41,326 bases of DNA from a virus (IMGVR_UViG_2548876945_000011:1-41326), one strand, 5' to 3'; shown: positions 16,305 through 26,505, numbered from the stretch's first letter. Notes: generated by a model from the letters alone, not told the origin. A program made the numbers and translations.

Positions 16305-16646
16305 ATGAAAATGCACAATGCCCCTCATTCCTGGCCTGACTTACTGGAACTCTTACAAAGTTGGTGGCGTGGAGATACGCCGCTGGGCGCAGTGGTTATG
16401 TCAATTATTATGGCTGGTTTGCGCATTGCCTATTTTGGCGGTGGCGGCGGCTGGAAACGAAAAACGCTTGAGATTCTGCTTTGTGGTGCTCTGACGCTGA
16501 CCTTTGCATCCGCGCTTGAGTATGTCGGATGGCCTAAATCACTTTCTGTTGCCATTGGTGGTGGGGTGGGGCTGATTGGTGTTGATGCTATTCGTGGTGC
16601 GGCAATGAGGGTCATCGGTAACAAGTTCGGTGCCCATAAGGAGTAA
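16305..16646 (+). CDS. Holin, lambda S family, with dual-start motif
   Basis: Begins M-K-M (ATG AAA ATG) after GGAGGTGAGG; S-like hydrophobic architecture; immediately precedes the endolysin. Confidence 0.8.
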   Translation: MKMHNAPHSWPDLLELLQSWWRGDTPLGAVVMSIIMAGLRIAYFGGGGGWKRKTLEILLCGALTLTFASALEYVGWPKSLSVAIGGGVGLIGVDAIRGAAMRVIGNKFGAHKE

Positions 16647-16649
16647 TTA

Positions 16650-17126
16650 ATGCAGACACTTAATTCCCAGCGTAAAGCTTTCCTTGATATGGTGGCATGG
16701 TCAGAAGGAACGGATAACGGGCGACAACCGACACGTAACCACGGTTATGATGTTATTGTTGGTGGCGAACTGTTCACTGATTACTCCGATCACCCTCGCA
16801 AACTTGTCACGCTAAATCCGAAACTCAAATCAACAGCCGCCGGACGTTACCAGCTTCTTTCACGCTGGTGGGATGCCTACCGCAAGCAACTTGGTCTGAA
16901 AGATTTTTCTCCAGAAAGCCAGGATGCTGTAGCGCTGCAGCAGATTAAAGAGCGTGGCGCTTTACCGATGATTGACCGCGGCGATATTCGTCAGGCAATC
17001 GACCGTTGCAGCAATATCTGGGCGTCGTTACCTGGTGCAGGTTACGGTCAGTATGAACATAGAATCGGTGACCTGATTTCCCGATTTAAAGAAGCTGGTG
17101 GGGTGGTAAATGAAGCTGAGATATAA
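16650..17126 (+). CDS. Endolysin, lambda R-like lytic transglycosylase
   Basis: 158 aa with long stretches matching lambda R as I remember it (NQRKAFLDM.AWSEGTDNGRQ.TRNHGYDVIVGGELFTDYSDHPRKLV...). Confidence 0.9.
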   Translation: MQTLNSQRKAFLDMVAWSEGTDNGRQPTRNHGYDVIVGGELFTDYSDHPRKLVTLNPKLKSTAAGRYQLLSRWWDAYRKQLGLKDFSPESQDAVALQQIKERGALPMIDRGDIRQAIDRCSNIWASLPGAGYGQYEHRIGDLISRFKEAGGVVNEAEI

Positions 17127-17502
17127 GCTGGTTATTGTTGCCTTCTTTGTTACCGTCATCGGTTCTTTTATCTGGTCTGCCGGGCATTACTACAGCAAAT
17201 ATCAACACGAAAAGGAGCGTGCTGATGAGGCTGTACGAAATGCTGAATCTGCAACAGCCATTACCAGTAACGTCCTGCAATCACTGCAAATCATCAATAC
17301 AGTTATAGAGGCTAACCAGCATGCAAAACAGCAGATCGCACTGGAGTCACAGAGAACCCAGGAAGATATCAAAGTGGCTGTTGCGGATGATGATTGTGCT
17401 GTTCGTATCGTTCCTTCTGGCGCAGTTAAGCGGTTGCACGAATACGCGAACGGTATACGTGTCGGTGCCGGTCGTTCCGTTACCAGCCAGTCTGACGGAT
17501 GA
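17110..17502 (+). CDS. Rz-like i-spanin
   Basis: 130 aa with N-terminal TM helix and coiled-coil region; overlaps the endolysin end; contains the Rz1 start in another frame. Confidence 0.7.
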   Translation: MKLRYKLVIVAFFVTVIGSFIWSAGHYYSKYQHEKERADEAVRNAESATAITSNVLQSLQIINTVIEANQHAKQQIALESQRTQEDIKVAVADDDCAVRIVPSGAVKRLHEYANGIRVGAGRSVTSQSDG

Positions 17503-17665
17503 AACACCCCAGCCAGATTTACCCGACCCGTTTACGTGGGGAGCCAGCCTTAACCTGAATGTTGCGTTGTTGTCAGCGTTAGCACAGTGCAACAGGGATA
17601 AGGCCGATATCAGGACTTTTGAGAAAAACAGGGCAGCACAAACCAATGGCACGATTAAACGTTGA
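17387..17665 (+). CDS. Rz1-like o-spanin lipoprotein
   Basis: Signal peptide with lipobox LAQLSGC and proline-rich mature region; starts inside Rz in another frame and extends 163 nt past its stop. Confidence 0.55.
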   Translation: MMIVLFVSFLLAQLSGCTNTRTVYVSVPVVPLPASLTDETPQPDLPDPFTWGASLNLNVALLSALAQCNRDKADIRTFEKNRAAQTNGTIKR

Positions 17666-17831
17666 AGTTATCCCACCAGACAGCGAAACGATGAACGGGA
17701 TTTTTGCAGAGATTGAACGTAAATATGCGCATCAGCCGATGACGCAAAAAGTTATCGATGAAATGCAACGCGAAGCGGCGCGCCTTGTAAGGCGAGCGAC
17801 AAACACGAAGGTTACGTTTGTTCGGGACTGA
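17646..17831 (+). CDS. Small hypothetical protein
   Basis: 61 aa from MARLNVEVIPPD... between the spanins and the terminase; no recognisable motif. Confidence 0.35.
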   Translation: MARLNVEVIPPDSETMNGIFAEIERKYAHQPMTQKVIDEMQREAARLVRRATNTKVTFVRD

Positions 17832-17888
17832 CATTACAGAAGCTCCTTTGATAAGGGGCTTCGATAATGTCACTAAGAGGAAAAATTC

Positions 17889-18638
17889 ATGGCAAAACCG
17901 GACTGGGAGGCCATCGAATCGGCATACCGGGCCGGAGTCCTTAGCCTCCGTGATATAGGCGAGAAATACGGCGTTACAGAAGGGGCTATCAGGAAGAGGG
18001 CCAAAAAGCTTGGTTGGGTACGCAGTGGCGGTACGCAGGTTTGCAAAAATGGTACGCAAAAAAGAAAAGTGCGTACCAGCAGAAAGCCTGCCATTACTGG
18101 CCTTACACAAAAAGGTACGCAACTAAAAACAGAACCTACACTGGATACGAAACCGATACGCGGAATGCGTACCGATCCCCCGACTAACCCATTCCAACCC
18201 GGTAACCAACAGGCATTAAAACACGGTGGTTATGCCCGTCGCCTTCTGCTCAAAGATGAGGTGATAGAGGACGCTAAAGCGTTGACGCTCGAGGACGAAT
18301 TATTTCGCCTTCGTGCTAACAACCTTGTCGCTGCAGAGAATATCGGTCGGTGGCTGGTGTCGCTGGAAGATGCTAATGGGGACCAGGAAAGGAAGATGCT
18401 GATGGAAAATATCAGCGCCGCCGAGAAAGCAATGATGCGCAATACAGTTCGTATTGAGTCCATCGTTGGCACGCTTGCGACGGTAGGAAAAATATTTGCT
18501 GATACAGCCTACCGCAAGGCCGCCACTGATAAGGTGTCTCTGGAGGCTGATCGTCTTCGCCGTGATGCAGGTATTGATGATGGCAATGGAGAGCGTGACC
18601 TCAATGACTTCTATTCTGACATCCAAACCGACGCTTAA
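17889..18638 (+). CDS. Terminase small subunit
   Basis: 249 aa with N-terminal HTH-like segment; AAGAGGAAA RBS; immediately upstream of and overlapping the large terminase. Confidence 0.7.
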   Translation: MAKPDWEAIESAYRAGVLSLRDIGEKYGVTEGAIRKRAKKLGWVRSGGTQVCKNGTQKRKVRTSRKPAITGLTQKGTQLKTEPTLDTKPIRGMRTDPPTNPFQPGNQQALKHGGYARRLLLKDEVIEDAKALTLEDELFRLRANNLVAAENIGRWLVSLEDANGDQERKMLMENISAAEKAMMRNTVRIESIVGTLATVGKIFADTAYRKAATDKVSLEADRLRRDAGIDDGNGERDLNDFYSDIQTDA

Positions 18639-20007
18639 TCCGGCTTTACGTAGTTTCTGGACTACGCGGGCACGTAACAAAGTGCTTTATGGTGGCCGGT
18701 CATCGTCAAAATCATGGGATGCCGCTGGCATTGCCATATTTCTGTCGAATAAATACACCCTGCGTTTTTGTTGTGCCCGTCAGATCCAGAATAAAATCGA
18801 AGAGTCGGTGTATACCCTGCTCAAAATTCAGATAGACAGGTTTGGCCTGCGGCACCGTTTCCGGATTCTGAACAACAAAATCATTAACCGGGTTACTGGC
18901 TCGGAATTTGTTTTTTATGGATTATGGCGCAACATCGAAGAAATTAAGTCACTGGAGGGGATCGACGTGTTGTGGCTGGAAGAAGCCCACGCACTGACTG
19001 AATACCAGTGGAAAATTCTGGAGCCAACGATCCGTAAAGAGGGTTCGGAATGCTGGTTCATATTCAACCCCGGACTTGTTACTGATTTCGTCTGGCGTAA
19101 CTTCGTTGTTGATCCGCCTGAAGGCACTCTCATCCGCAAAATTAACTATGACGAAAATCCGTTTCTGTCTGACACCATGCTTAAGGTTATCGACGCGGCG
19201 CGACGCCGTGATCCGGATGGTTTTAAACATGTGTATGAGGGCGTTCCGGAGTCTGATGATGATGCGGCAATCATCAAACTGTCCTGGATAGAAGCCGCAG
19301 TGGATGCGCACAAAACGTTAAATTTCGAACCCAGTGGAAGAAAGCGTATTGGCTTTGACGTGGCTGACAGTGGTACAGATAAGTGCGCTAACGTTTACCG
19401 TCACGGTTCCGTTGTTTTCTGGGCCGACGAATGGAAGGCCAAAGAAGATGAATTACTGAAGAGCTGCCAGCGTACTTATCAGTCGGCGCTGGAGCGTGAA
19501 GCAGATATTGTTTACGACTCTATCGGTGTTGGTGCGTCTGCCGGTGCTAAATTCTCTGAAATTAACGCTGACCGGAAGAGCGAGAATGCATACGCGCGAC
19601 GTGTGAATTACCAGAGGTTTAACGCCGGCGCTGGTGTGCATGAACCAGATGACGAATACAACGGCATCCCCAACAAAGACTTTTTCGCAAATCTTAAGGC
19701 TCAGGCATGGTGGCTGGTGGCTGACCGTTTCAGAAATACGTTTAACGCCATTAACAACGGAGAACAGTATCCTGTGGATGAGCTGATCAGCATAGATTCT
19801 CGTTGTCCGTTGCTTGAAAAGCTGAAACTGGAACTGACAACACCTCATCGTGATTTCGACCGTAACGGACGTGTGATGGTCGAAAGTAAAAAAGACCTCG
19901 CAAAACGCGAGATACCGTCACCAAACGTTGCTGACGCATTCATTATGGCCTTCGCGCCAATTGATACATCGCTGGATATCTGGGAACAGCTGGGGAGACA
20001 GGCCTGA
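18604..20007 (+). CDS. Terminase large subunit
   Basis: About 468 aa with ATPase and nuclease-like regions; start chosen at MTSILTSKP inside the tracked ORF; followed by portal. Confidence 0.85.
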   Translation: MTSILTSKPTLNPALRSFWTTRARNKVLYGGRSSSKSWDAAGIAIFLSNKYTLRFCCARQIQNKIEESVYTLLKIQIDRFGLRHRFRILNNKIINRVTGSEFVFYGLWRNIEEIKSLEGIDVLWLEEAHALTEYQWKILEPTIRKEGSECWFIFNPGLVTDFVWRNFVVDPPEGTLIRKINYDENPFLSDTMLKVIDAARRRDPDGFKHVYEGVPESDDDAAIIKLSWIEAAVDAHKTLNFEPSGRKRIGFDVADSGTDKCANVYRHGSVVFWADEWKAKEDELLKSCQRTYQSALEREADIVYDSIGVGASAGAKFSEINADRKSENAYARRVNYQRFNAGAGVHEPDDEYNGIPNKDFFANLKAQAWWLVADRFRNTFNAINNGEQYPVDELISIDSRCPLLEKLKLELTTPHRDFDRNGRVMVESKKDLAKREIPSPNVADAFIMAFAPIDTSLDIWEQLGRQA

Positions 20008-21473
20008 TGGCACGAAACAAGCAAGCCCTGCGAAGAACTGCGCAGGCCACAGCTGATGGTTATGAGAATTTTATTGCCCGCGTAGGGATGCAGACACCTA
20101 ACCAGCACTCAGCATCCACCTACCGGGCTAATTTCACCAGTCGTAACCGCATGCTGGTGGAATGGTCCTATCGTTCGTCCTGGATTATCGGCGAAGCGGT
20201 CGATGCTATCCCGGATGATATGACCCGCAAAGGCATTCGCATCACTTCGGAAATTGATGCAAAAGATCGTGGCATTCTCGAATCACAACTGGATGAGTTG
20301 CAAATCTGGGATGCGCTGAACGACGTGCTGAAATGGTCGCGCCTCTACGGCGGCGCGGTGGGTTTCATCATGATTGAGGGGCAGGCACCAATGACCCCGC
20401 TGCGACCCGAAACCATCGGTAAGGGCAAGTTTAAGGGGATTCTCCCGCTCGACCGCTGGATGATCGACCCGGTACTGACCCGCCGCATTAAAGATATGGG
20501 GCCGGACCTGGGTAAACCTGAGTTTTACGATGTGGTGACCACAGCAACGGGAATTCCTGCCTGGCGCATTCATCACAGTCGCCTGATTCGCTTTGATGGC
20601 GTCACGCTGCCATTTCAGCAGAAGATGACTGAGAACGAATGGGGAATGTCGGTTGTAGAGCGTATCTTGGATCGTCTTACCGCGTTCGACAGCGCTACTG
20701 TCGGCGCGGCGCAGCTGGTCTACAAAGCGCATCTGCGGACCTACAAGGTGGAAAAACTTCGTGAGCTTATTGCGCTGGGCGGCCAGGCATTCGAGGCGCT
20801 GCTGAAAAACATTGATCTGATTCGACAGTTTCAGAGCAATGAAGGCATGACGCTAATGGATGCCAAAGATACCTTCGAAACCCATCAGTACAACTTCAGT
20901 GGTCTGGATGACATCCTTTCGCAGTTTGCAGAACAGATTAGCGGCGCTGTTGGTATCCCACTGGTGCGGTTGTTCGGACAGTCCCCGAAAGGATTTTCTA
21001 CCGGTGATGCAGATCTTGCCAACTATTACGACCGGGTAAGCTCATTGCAGGAGAGGCGTTTACGTCTTCCGGTGCGGCGGATACTGGACATCATGCATCG
21101 TTCGGAACTTGGCAAGCCGCTCCCGGATGATTTCACGTTTGAGTTTAACCCGCTCTGGCAAATGTCTGATGTCGATCGTTCAACGGTGGCGTTAAATACC
21201 ACCAACGCAATCAGTACAGCGCTGGGTGATGGTCTGATGACACTGAAAGCCGCTATGACTGATTTGCGCGAAAATTCTGACGTAACCGGCATCGGGGCAT
21301 CCATTACCGACGAGGACATCGAGAATGCCGAAGATGAAGCGCCGCCCGGCATCGGCGAACCTGATGACGAACCGCAGGAACCGTCAGGCGGAAATCCGGT
21401 ATCGAACCAGCCTACGCAGGATAGCGCGGGCGGTCGGGGACATCGTAAATGGTCACTACGATGGTTCAAATGA
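20007..21473 (+). CDS. Portal protein
   Basis: 488 aa with acidic C-terminal tail, directly after the large terminase (ATGA-type junction). Confidence 0.75.
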   Translation: MARNKQALRRTAQATADGYENFIARVGMQTPNQHSASTYRANFTSRNRMLVEWSYRSSWIIGEAVDAIPDDMTRKGIRITSEIDAKDRGILESQLDELQIWDALNDVLKWSRLYGGAVGFIMIEGQAPMTPLRPETIGKGKFKGILPLDRWMIDPVLTRRIKDMGPDLGKPEFYDVVTTATGIPAWRIHHSRLIRFDGVTLPFQQKMTENEWGMSVVERILDRLTAFDSATVGAAQLVYKAHLRTYKVEKLRELIALGGQAFEALLKNIDLIRQFQSNEGMTLMDAKDTFETHQYNFSGLDDILSQFAEQISGAVGIPLVRLFGQSPKGFSTGDADLANYYDRVSSLQERRLRLPVRRILDIMHRSELGKPLPDDFTFEFNPLWQMSDVDRSTVALNTTNAISTALGDGLMTLKAAMTDLRENSDVTGIGASITDEDIENAEDEAPPGIGEPDDEPQEPSGGNPVSNQPTQDSAGGRGHRKWSLRWFK

Positions 21474-22098
21474 CAGTATCACGGAAATTATTGAGGCGCT
21501 GGAACGCTACAGTGAAATCATCACCCCCTGGGCGACAAAGGTCGCGGAAAACTTTACCGCCGACATTGTGCGCAAGAATGATGAGCAGTGGCGTAAACAC
21601 AGCAAAACCATCAGCCGTGAGCTCCGCAATCTGGTAAACAGTGCCCCGCCAGGGCAGGTGATGAAATCCATCGTTGCCGAACAGGTTAAGTACATCAAAT
21701 CGCTCCCCCTCGAGGCGGCTGACAGGGTGTACGACATCCAGAATCGGGCGATTGAAGCTGTTGTGACCGGTGGGAGAGCGGAACATTTTGCTAAAGAAAT
21801 AGCAGCATCGGGTGATATAGCAAAGTCCAGAGCTGACCTGATTGCCCGTACTGAACTTGGACGTGCAACCGGCGCGCTGGATCAGGCGCGTGCGCTGTCA
21901 ATTGGTTCGAATGGTTATATCTGGCGTACAGCCGAAGATGGTGACGTCAGGCATTCTCATCGGGAAATGGAAGGTAAATTTGTCGAATGGGGCAAACCTC
22001 CAACGCTTGACGGCATGACAGGTCACGCTGGCGAGCTCCCGAATTGTCGCTGTTATAAAGAAATCGTTTTTCCCACCTCCCAATCTTATCCCGCCTGA
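21325..22098 (+). CDS. Head morphogenesis protein (Mu F / SPP1 gp7-like)
   Basis: 257 aa; position after portal and F-like pattern; the ORF overlaps the portal 3' end by about 150 nt and the true start may be 21334 or 21364. Confidence 0.7.
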   Translation: MPKMKRRPASANLMTNRRNRQAEIRYRTSLRRIARAVGDIVNGHYDGSNDSITEIIEALERYSEIITPWATKVAENFTADIVRKNDEQWRKHSKTISRELRNLVNSAPPGQVMKSIVAEQVKYIKSLPLEAADRVYDIQNRAIEAVVTGGRAEHFAKEIAASGDIAKSRADLIARTELGRATGALDQARALSIGSNGYIWRTAEDGDVRHSHREMEGKFVEWGKPPTLDGMTGHAGELPNCRCYKEIVFPTSQSYPA

Positions 22099-22112
22099 AT
22101 CGCAGGTAACAC

Positions 22113-23333
22113 ATGAAATATTTTTTCAATACCCGGCTGGGGGAAACCCGCTATCAGCTGGCTGACGGCTCGTTGCTGTGCAGAGACGTGCCGATAGGAC
22201 GAACAGGTAAGCAGCTCTATGGTGCTGATGACCTGCCAAAACTGAAACCCGATAAGTTCGGTGAAATAGTCGTCACGCGTTCTCCTGAGCAGGTATTCCA
22301 TCCGACCACGCTTGCCTCATTCGAAGGGATGAGCATCACGATTCTGCATCCTGAAGATGAAAACGGGAATGTGCGGCTGGTAAATCCCGAGAACTGGAAA
22401 GAGCTTGCTGTCGGGCACCTCCAGAATGTCCGGCGCGGGACGGGTGAGCAGTCTGATTTGATGCTGGCTGACCTTATCGTCAAAGACGAAAGCGCCATTC
22501 AGCTTATCGAAGATGGCCTGCGCGAAGTGTCGTGCGGCTATGACGCGGAGTATGAGCAGACCGAGCCAGGTAAAGCCGAGCAGGTCGATATTACCGGAAA
22601 CCATGTGGCTCTTGTCCCCAAAGGCAGAGCCGGAAATCGTTGTGCAATTGGAGACAGAGACACAATGGCAAATCAAAAGAAAAACTGGTGGAACCGCATG
22701 CGTGCAGCCATCAAGACAGGAGATGCCGACACCATGAACGAACTGGTGGAGTCGGCTCCCGCATCGGTTACAGGAGATGAGGGGGATTTGCCGCAGGGCG
22801 TTAATCTCAACATCAACCTGTCCCCGCAGCAACCACTACCGGACAAAGCACCAGAGATGGGCGGAGGTCCAACCGGCGACAGTGATGATGACCTCAAAAC
22901 ATTACTGAAATCCCTGCTGGCTAAGCTGGAAGGAAATGCGACGGGCGATAACGATAATAAGCCTGACGATAATCCAACCGGTGACGGCGAGGACGATGAA
23001 GAGGAAACCACGATTACTGGTGACTCAGCCTGGCGTGCCGAAGTTATCGTTCCGGGTATCGATCTGAGCCGTAAGATGAAACCGACCGCGTTCAAACGCG
23101 AGGTTCTGGCTTCTGCTGACAAAACGCTGGTTCGCCAGATAGTCGGTGATGCGGATATCCGCAAATTGCCGAAACAATCGGTCGACATGGCGTTTAATGC
23201 CGTGTCTGAGATTGCCAAAGGGCGAAACACCCGCGCCACCACCGGCGATGCACAGCGCCTAAACATGGGCATGACCAGTATCGCTTCCCTGAACAAACAA
23301 AACGCTGAATTCTGGGCAAACCGTAAAGGGTAA
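22113..23333 (+). CDS. Putative prohead protease/scaffold protein
   Basis: 406 aa with acidic low-complexity C-terminal half, between the F-like and capsid genes. Confidence 0.5.
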   Translation: MKYFFNTRLGETRYQLADGSLLCRDVPIGRTGKQLYGADDLPKLKPDKFGEIVVTRSPEQVFHPTTLASFEGMSITILHPEDENGNVRLVNPENWKELAVGHLQNVRRGTGEQSDLMLADLIVKDESAIQLIEDGLREVSCGYDAEYEQTEPGKAEQVDITGNHVALVPKGRAGNRCAIGDRDTMANQKKNWWNRMRAAIKTGDADTMNELVESAPASVTGDEGDLPQGVNLNINLSPQQPLPDKAPEMGGGPTGDSDDDLKTLLKSLLAKLEGNATGDNDNKPDDNPTGDGEDDEEETTITGDSAWRAEVIVPGIDLSRKMKPTAFKREVLASADKTLVRQIVGDADIRKLPKQSVDMAFNAVSEIAKGRNTRATTGDAQRLNMGMTSIASLNKQNAEFWANRKG

Positions 23334-23336
23334 AAA

Positions 23337-23843
23337 ATGAATAATGTATTTCTGTACCGGATGCCTGTTGGCATTGCCGGGGCTGTCTCTCGCCCGCAGG
23401 ACTTAACCGTCGAACCGGTGGTCCTTAAATCCGATAACGCCTTCGCTGCCTATGGCCTGGCTGGTAAATACGATGATGACGGTTTTTTCGTGCCGCTGGC
23501 AGATGGTGATACCGCAGACAAGGTGAAGGGGATCTACGTGCGCCCTTATCCGACCACTTCGCAGCCGGACATGGTTCGCCAGGTGGGGACTGGCAAGAAC
23601 TTCCCGGGCGACGCCATGAAGCGTGGCTACGTGACCGTTAATCTCGGTTCTGATTTTGATGCCAGCACCATCAAAAAAGGCGACCCGGTATACGTTGTCG
23701 TCTCCACTGATGAATCCATCAAAGTGCCGCTGGGTGGATTCATGTCCACGTCAGTCAGTGGCAAAAACGTGGTGCTGACCAACGCTGAATTCACAGGTGC
23801 CGGTGATGCTGACGGCAATGCAGAAATTTCCTGGAAGATTTAA
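23337..23843 (+). CDS. Putative head structural protein
   Basis: 168-aa ORF between scaffold and major capsid genes. Confidence 0.45.
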   Translation: MNNVFLYRMPVGIAGAVSRPQDLTVEPVVLKSDNAFAAYGLAGKYDDDGFFVPLADGDTADKVKGIYVRPYPTTSQPDMVRQVGTGKNFPGDAMKRGYVTVNLGSDFDASTIKKGDPVYVVVSTDESIKVPLGGFMSTSVSGKNVVLTNAEFTGAGDADGNAEISWKI

Positions 23844-23854
23844 GGAACAGACGA

Positions 23855-24796
23855 ATGATTACTTTTGATCAGGCAACCGTTGACAGCTCTGGTGCCTTTC
23901 TCATCGGGGAGCTGGAGCGACTCGACCAGACGCTGAACCTGCCACTGGTGGGGTACACCTGGACCCGCGATATTCAGTTGCGTGAAGATGTCTCTATCGC
24001 AGATGACATTTCCAGCTGGACGAATACCAGCTTCGCCGCTGCGGGTACTGGTGCAAATCCGAATGGCAAAAACTGGGTAGGCAAAGACTCAACCGCTATT
24101 GCTGGCGTGAACGTGGATATCGGCAAATCCGGTAACCCGCTGAACCTGTGGGGGATGGAACTTGGCTGGACGGTCATAGAATTGCAGGCTGCTCAGCAGG
24201 TCGGCCGCCCGATTGATACGCAGAAGTATGACGGTATGCAACTGAAATGGCAGATGGATAACGATGAACAGGTATATGTTGGCGATTCCGCATTAAACCT
24301 GAAAGGCCTTGTTACCCTGGACGGCGTGCCTGTCAACAACGCTGCTAAAACGTGGGCAACCTCAACACCGGACGAAATCCGCGCAAGCATTAACCAGGTG
24401 CTGTCTGATGCGTGGGCCGCTTCCGGTTACTCTGTGGTTCCGCGTGATTTGCTGATCCCGCCTGAGCAGTTTGCTCTGTTGTCCAGCATCATCGTTTCAT
24501 CTGCGGGTAACCAGTCCCTGTTGACGTATCTTCAGACCAACACCATCAGCTATCACCAGAACGGTGTTCCGCTGAATATCCGCGCGGTTAAATGGCTGAA
24601 AGGCCGTGGTGTGGGGAATAAGGATCGCATGGTTGCGTACACCAACGATAAAAAATACGTCCGCTACCCGCTGGTTCCGCTTCAGAGCGTGCCGGTGCAG
24701 TATCGCGGCCTGTATCAGATCGTCACTTACTACGGCAAGCTGGGTGCAGTCGAGCCAGTGTATAAAGAAACTCTGTCCTATGTGGACGGTATCTGA
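23855..24796 (+). CDS. Major capsid protein (Mu-like head family)
   Basis: 313 aa at the major-head position; followed by a strong GC stem-loop at 24807-24822. Confidence 0.65.
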   Translation: MITFDQATVDSSGAFLIGELERLDQTLNLPLVGYTWTRDIQLREDVSIADDISSWTNTSFAAAGTGANPNGKNWVGKDSTAIAGVNVDIGKSGNPLNLWGMELGWTVIELQAAQQVGRPIDTQKYDGMQLKWQMDNDEQVYVGDSALNLKGLVTLDGVPVNNAAKTWATSTPDEIRASINQVLSDAWAASGYSVVPRDLLIPPEQFALLSSIIVSSAGNQSLLTYLQTNTISYHQNGVPLNIRAVKWLKGRGVGNKDRMVAYTNDKKYVRYPLVPLQSVPVQYRGLYQIVTYYGKLGAVEPVYKETLSYVDGI

Positions 24797-24836
24797 TAAC
24801 CAGAATGGCCCCGAAAGGGGCCTGAAGGAAACTGAA

Positions 24837-25205
24837 ATGGCGAAAGAAAAGCTGGTTACCATCCATGTTCACACCCCGTTTACGCTGACGCTCGGCGATC
24901 AGTCAAAACAGGAGTTTGGCCGGGGACGGCATAACGTACCGGAAGAGGTCGCGTCGCACTGGTTCACCCAGGCGCACTCTGAGCTTTCCGAAAGCGTGAT
25001 TAGCGACACCGATGATCTGCAACCCATTATCGACGGCCTGCAAGCGCAGATTGCCGACAAAGATAAGCTGATTGCCGATCTGAAAGATGCATTGCTCAAA
25101 CTGCAGGAGCAGAACGACAGCCTGCAGGCGCAGATTACTGCCGCCCGGACTGGCGGTAATGGGGCTAAAGATGTCAAAGAATCAAAGTCTGCCAGCGGTA
25201 AGTGA
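24837..25205 (+). CDS. Hypothetical head-associated protein with coiled-coil C-terminus
   Basis: 122 aa from [11 protein letters not shown]... with AAGGAAA RBS; directly downstream of the capsid gene. Confidence 0.5.
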   Translation: MAKEKLVTIHVHTPFTLTLGDQSKQEFGRGRHNVPEEVASHWFTQAHSELSESVISDTDDLQPIIDGLQAQIADKDKLIADLKDALLKLQEQNDSLQAQITAARTGGNGAKDVKESKSASGK

Positions 25206-25578
25206 TTTTCGCCGCGACTTCCCGCAATTTGCTGACCCGGCAAAATATCCCGACGCCCAAATCGGGTTCCGTCTGAATCTGGCCGATGAACTGCTGAGCG
25301 AAAATGTCACCGGCAAAAAGTTGTTTCCGTACTTTGCCGGGTTGTTCGTTGCTCACTACATGACGCTCTGGGCGGCTGACAGCAGAGCGATGCTGGCTGG
25401 TGGTCCGGGCGGTTCAACCAATGGTGTTCAGTCCTCAAAGTCCGTGGATAAGGTAAGCGTCAGCTATGACACCAGCGCGACGCTGAATCCTGATGCAGGT
25501 TTCTGGAATAACACCCGATATGGCGCTGAATTTTATCAGTTGATCACGATGTTCGGTGCAGGTGGTCGCCAGCTATGA
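25171..25578 (+). CDS. Putative head-tail connector protein
   Basis: 135-aa ORF in the morphogenesis cluster; start chosen at MSKNQ, uncertain by about 12 nt. Confidence 0.45.
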   Translation: MSKNQSLPAVSDFRRDFPQFADPAKYPDAQIGFRLNLADELLSENVTGKKLFPYFAGLFVAHYMTLWAADSRAMLAGGPGGSTNGVQSSKSVDKVSVSYDTSATLNPDAGFWNNTRYGAEFYQLITMFGAGGRQL

Positions 25579-26129
25579 GTTTCAAAAGCGGTGTAACAAC
25601 GAGGGTGGATAACGCTAAGGCCATTCTGGATGCGCTCAGGTCGTTAACCAAAAAAGATGTGCTGGTCGGCATCCCTTCGGAAGACAGCGAGCGGGATGAT
25701 GTTCCGTTTGGTAATGCGGGCATCGGTTACCTCAACGAATACGGCTCACCAGAGCAGAACATCCCGCCACGACCTCACCTGGTCCCCGGCGTTAAATCGG
25801 CAGAAGAGCAGACGGTGCCGCAGCTCAAAGCCGCGGCGCAGGCTGCACTTGATGGTAATGCTGCGGGAGCAGAACGCGCACTCAACCGTGCCGGAACGCT
25901 GGCCGCTAATGGCGTCAGGCGTTACATGACCATTACCGGCTTTACGCCGCTTGCTGACAGTACTGTTGAAGCCCGGGCTCGTCGGGGGCGCAAGGGGGCA
26001 ACAATGGAACTTGCCCGGCGTGCTGCTGGCGAATCTCCGGGAACCGAACTGGCGAAACCATTAATTGACACCGGGCAATATCGCAGAGCTATTACCCATG
26101 TTGTGAGGGATAAAAATGCCGACTCTTGA
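25575..26129 (+). CDS. Putative virion morphogenesis protein
   Basis: 184-aa ORF coupled to the previous gene by overlapping stop/start. Confidence 0.5.
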   Translation: MSFKSGVTTRVDNAKAILDALRSLTKKDVLVGIPSEDSERDDVPFGNAGIGYLNEYGSPEQNIPPRPHLVPGVKSAEEQTVPQLKAAAQAALDGNAAGAERALNRAGTLAANGVRRYMTITGFTPLADSTVEARARRGRKGATMELARRAAGESPGTELAKPLIDTGQYRRAITHVVRDKNADS

Positions 26130-26505
26130 TGTAACAGATGTGCTTTTTGACCCCGATTTTTGCGACTTCAATTTGTGGGTAACACGCCGTGTGCAAACGG
26201 TGGATGAGGACGGGATCGGCAGCGACAGCGAAGTTAAAAAGCAGTTTGCCGGAGTCGTTACTGTTGATCGCTCTCTGGAAAACCGTCGTATGCAGGCCGG
26301 GCAGGTAATCAGTGGTGCAATTCTGATTGTGACGACTGAGCGACTGACACAGGGACAGACTGGCCGTGATGCCGATATCGTGACGTATCAGGGCCGTGAT
26401 TATCGTGTGACCTTCGTCGACCCGTATACAGCTTATGGGGCCGGATTCGTTCAGGCGCATTGTGAGTTGATGCCGTTTGATGGGGGAACTCCGGTTGAGC
26501 AATAA
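26116..26505 (+). CDS. Putative head-tail joining protein
   Basis: 129-aa ORF overlapping its neighbours within the morphogenesis cluster. Confidence 0.5.
   Translation: MPTLDVTDVLFDPDFCDFNLWVTRRVQTVDEDGIGSDSEVKKQFAGVVTVDRSLENRRMQAGQVISGAILIVTTERLTQGQTGRDADIVTYQGRDYRVTFVDPYTAYGAGFVQAHCELMPFDGGTPVEQ

Noticed and set aside
22673-23374. 233-aa minus-strand ORF opposite the scaffold/protease gene
   Set aside because: Ser/Pro-rich mirror translation of the acidic low-complexity region of the plus-strand gene; no RBS and it conflicts with the structural operon.
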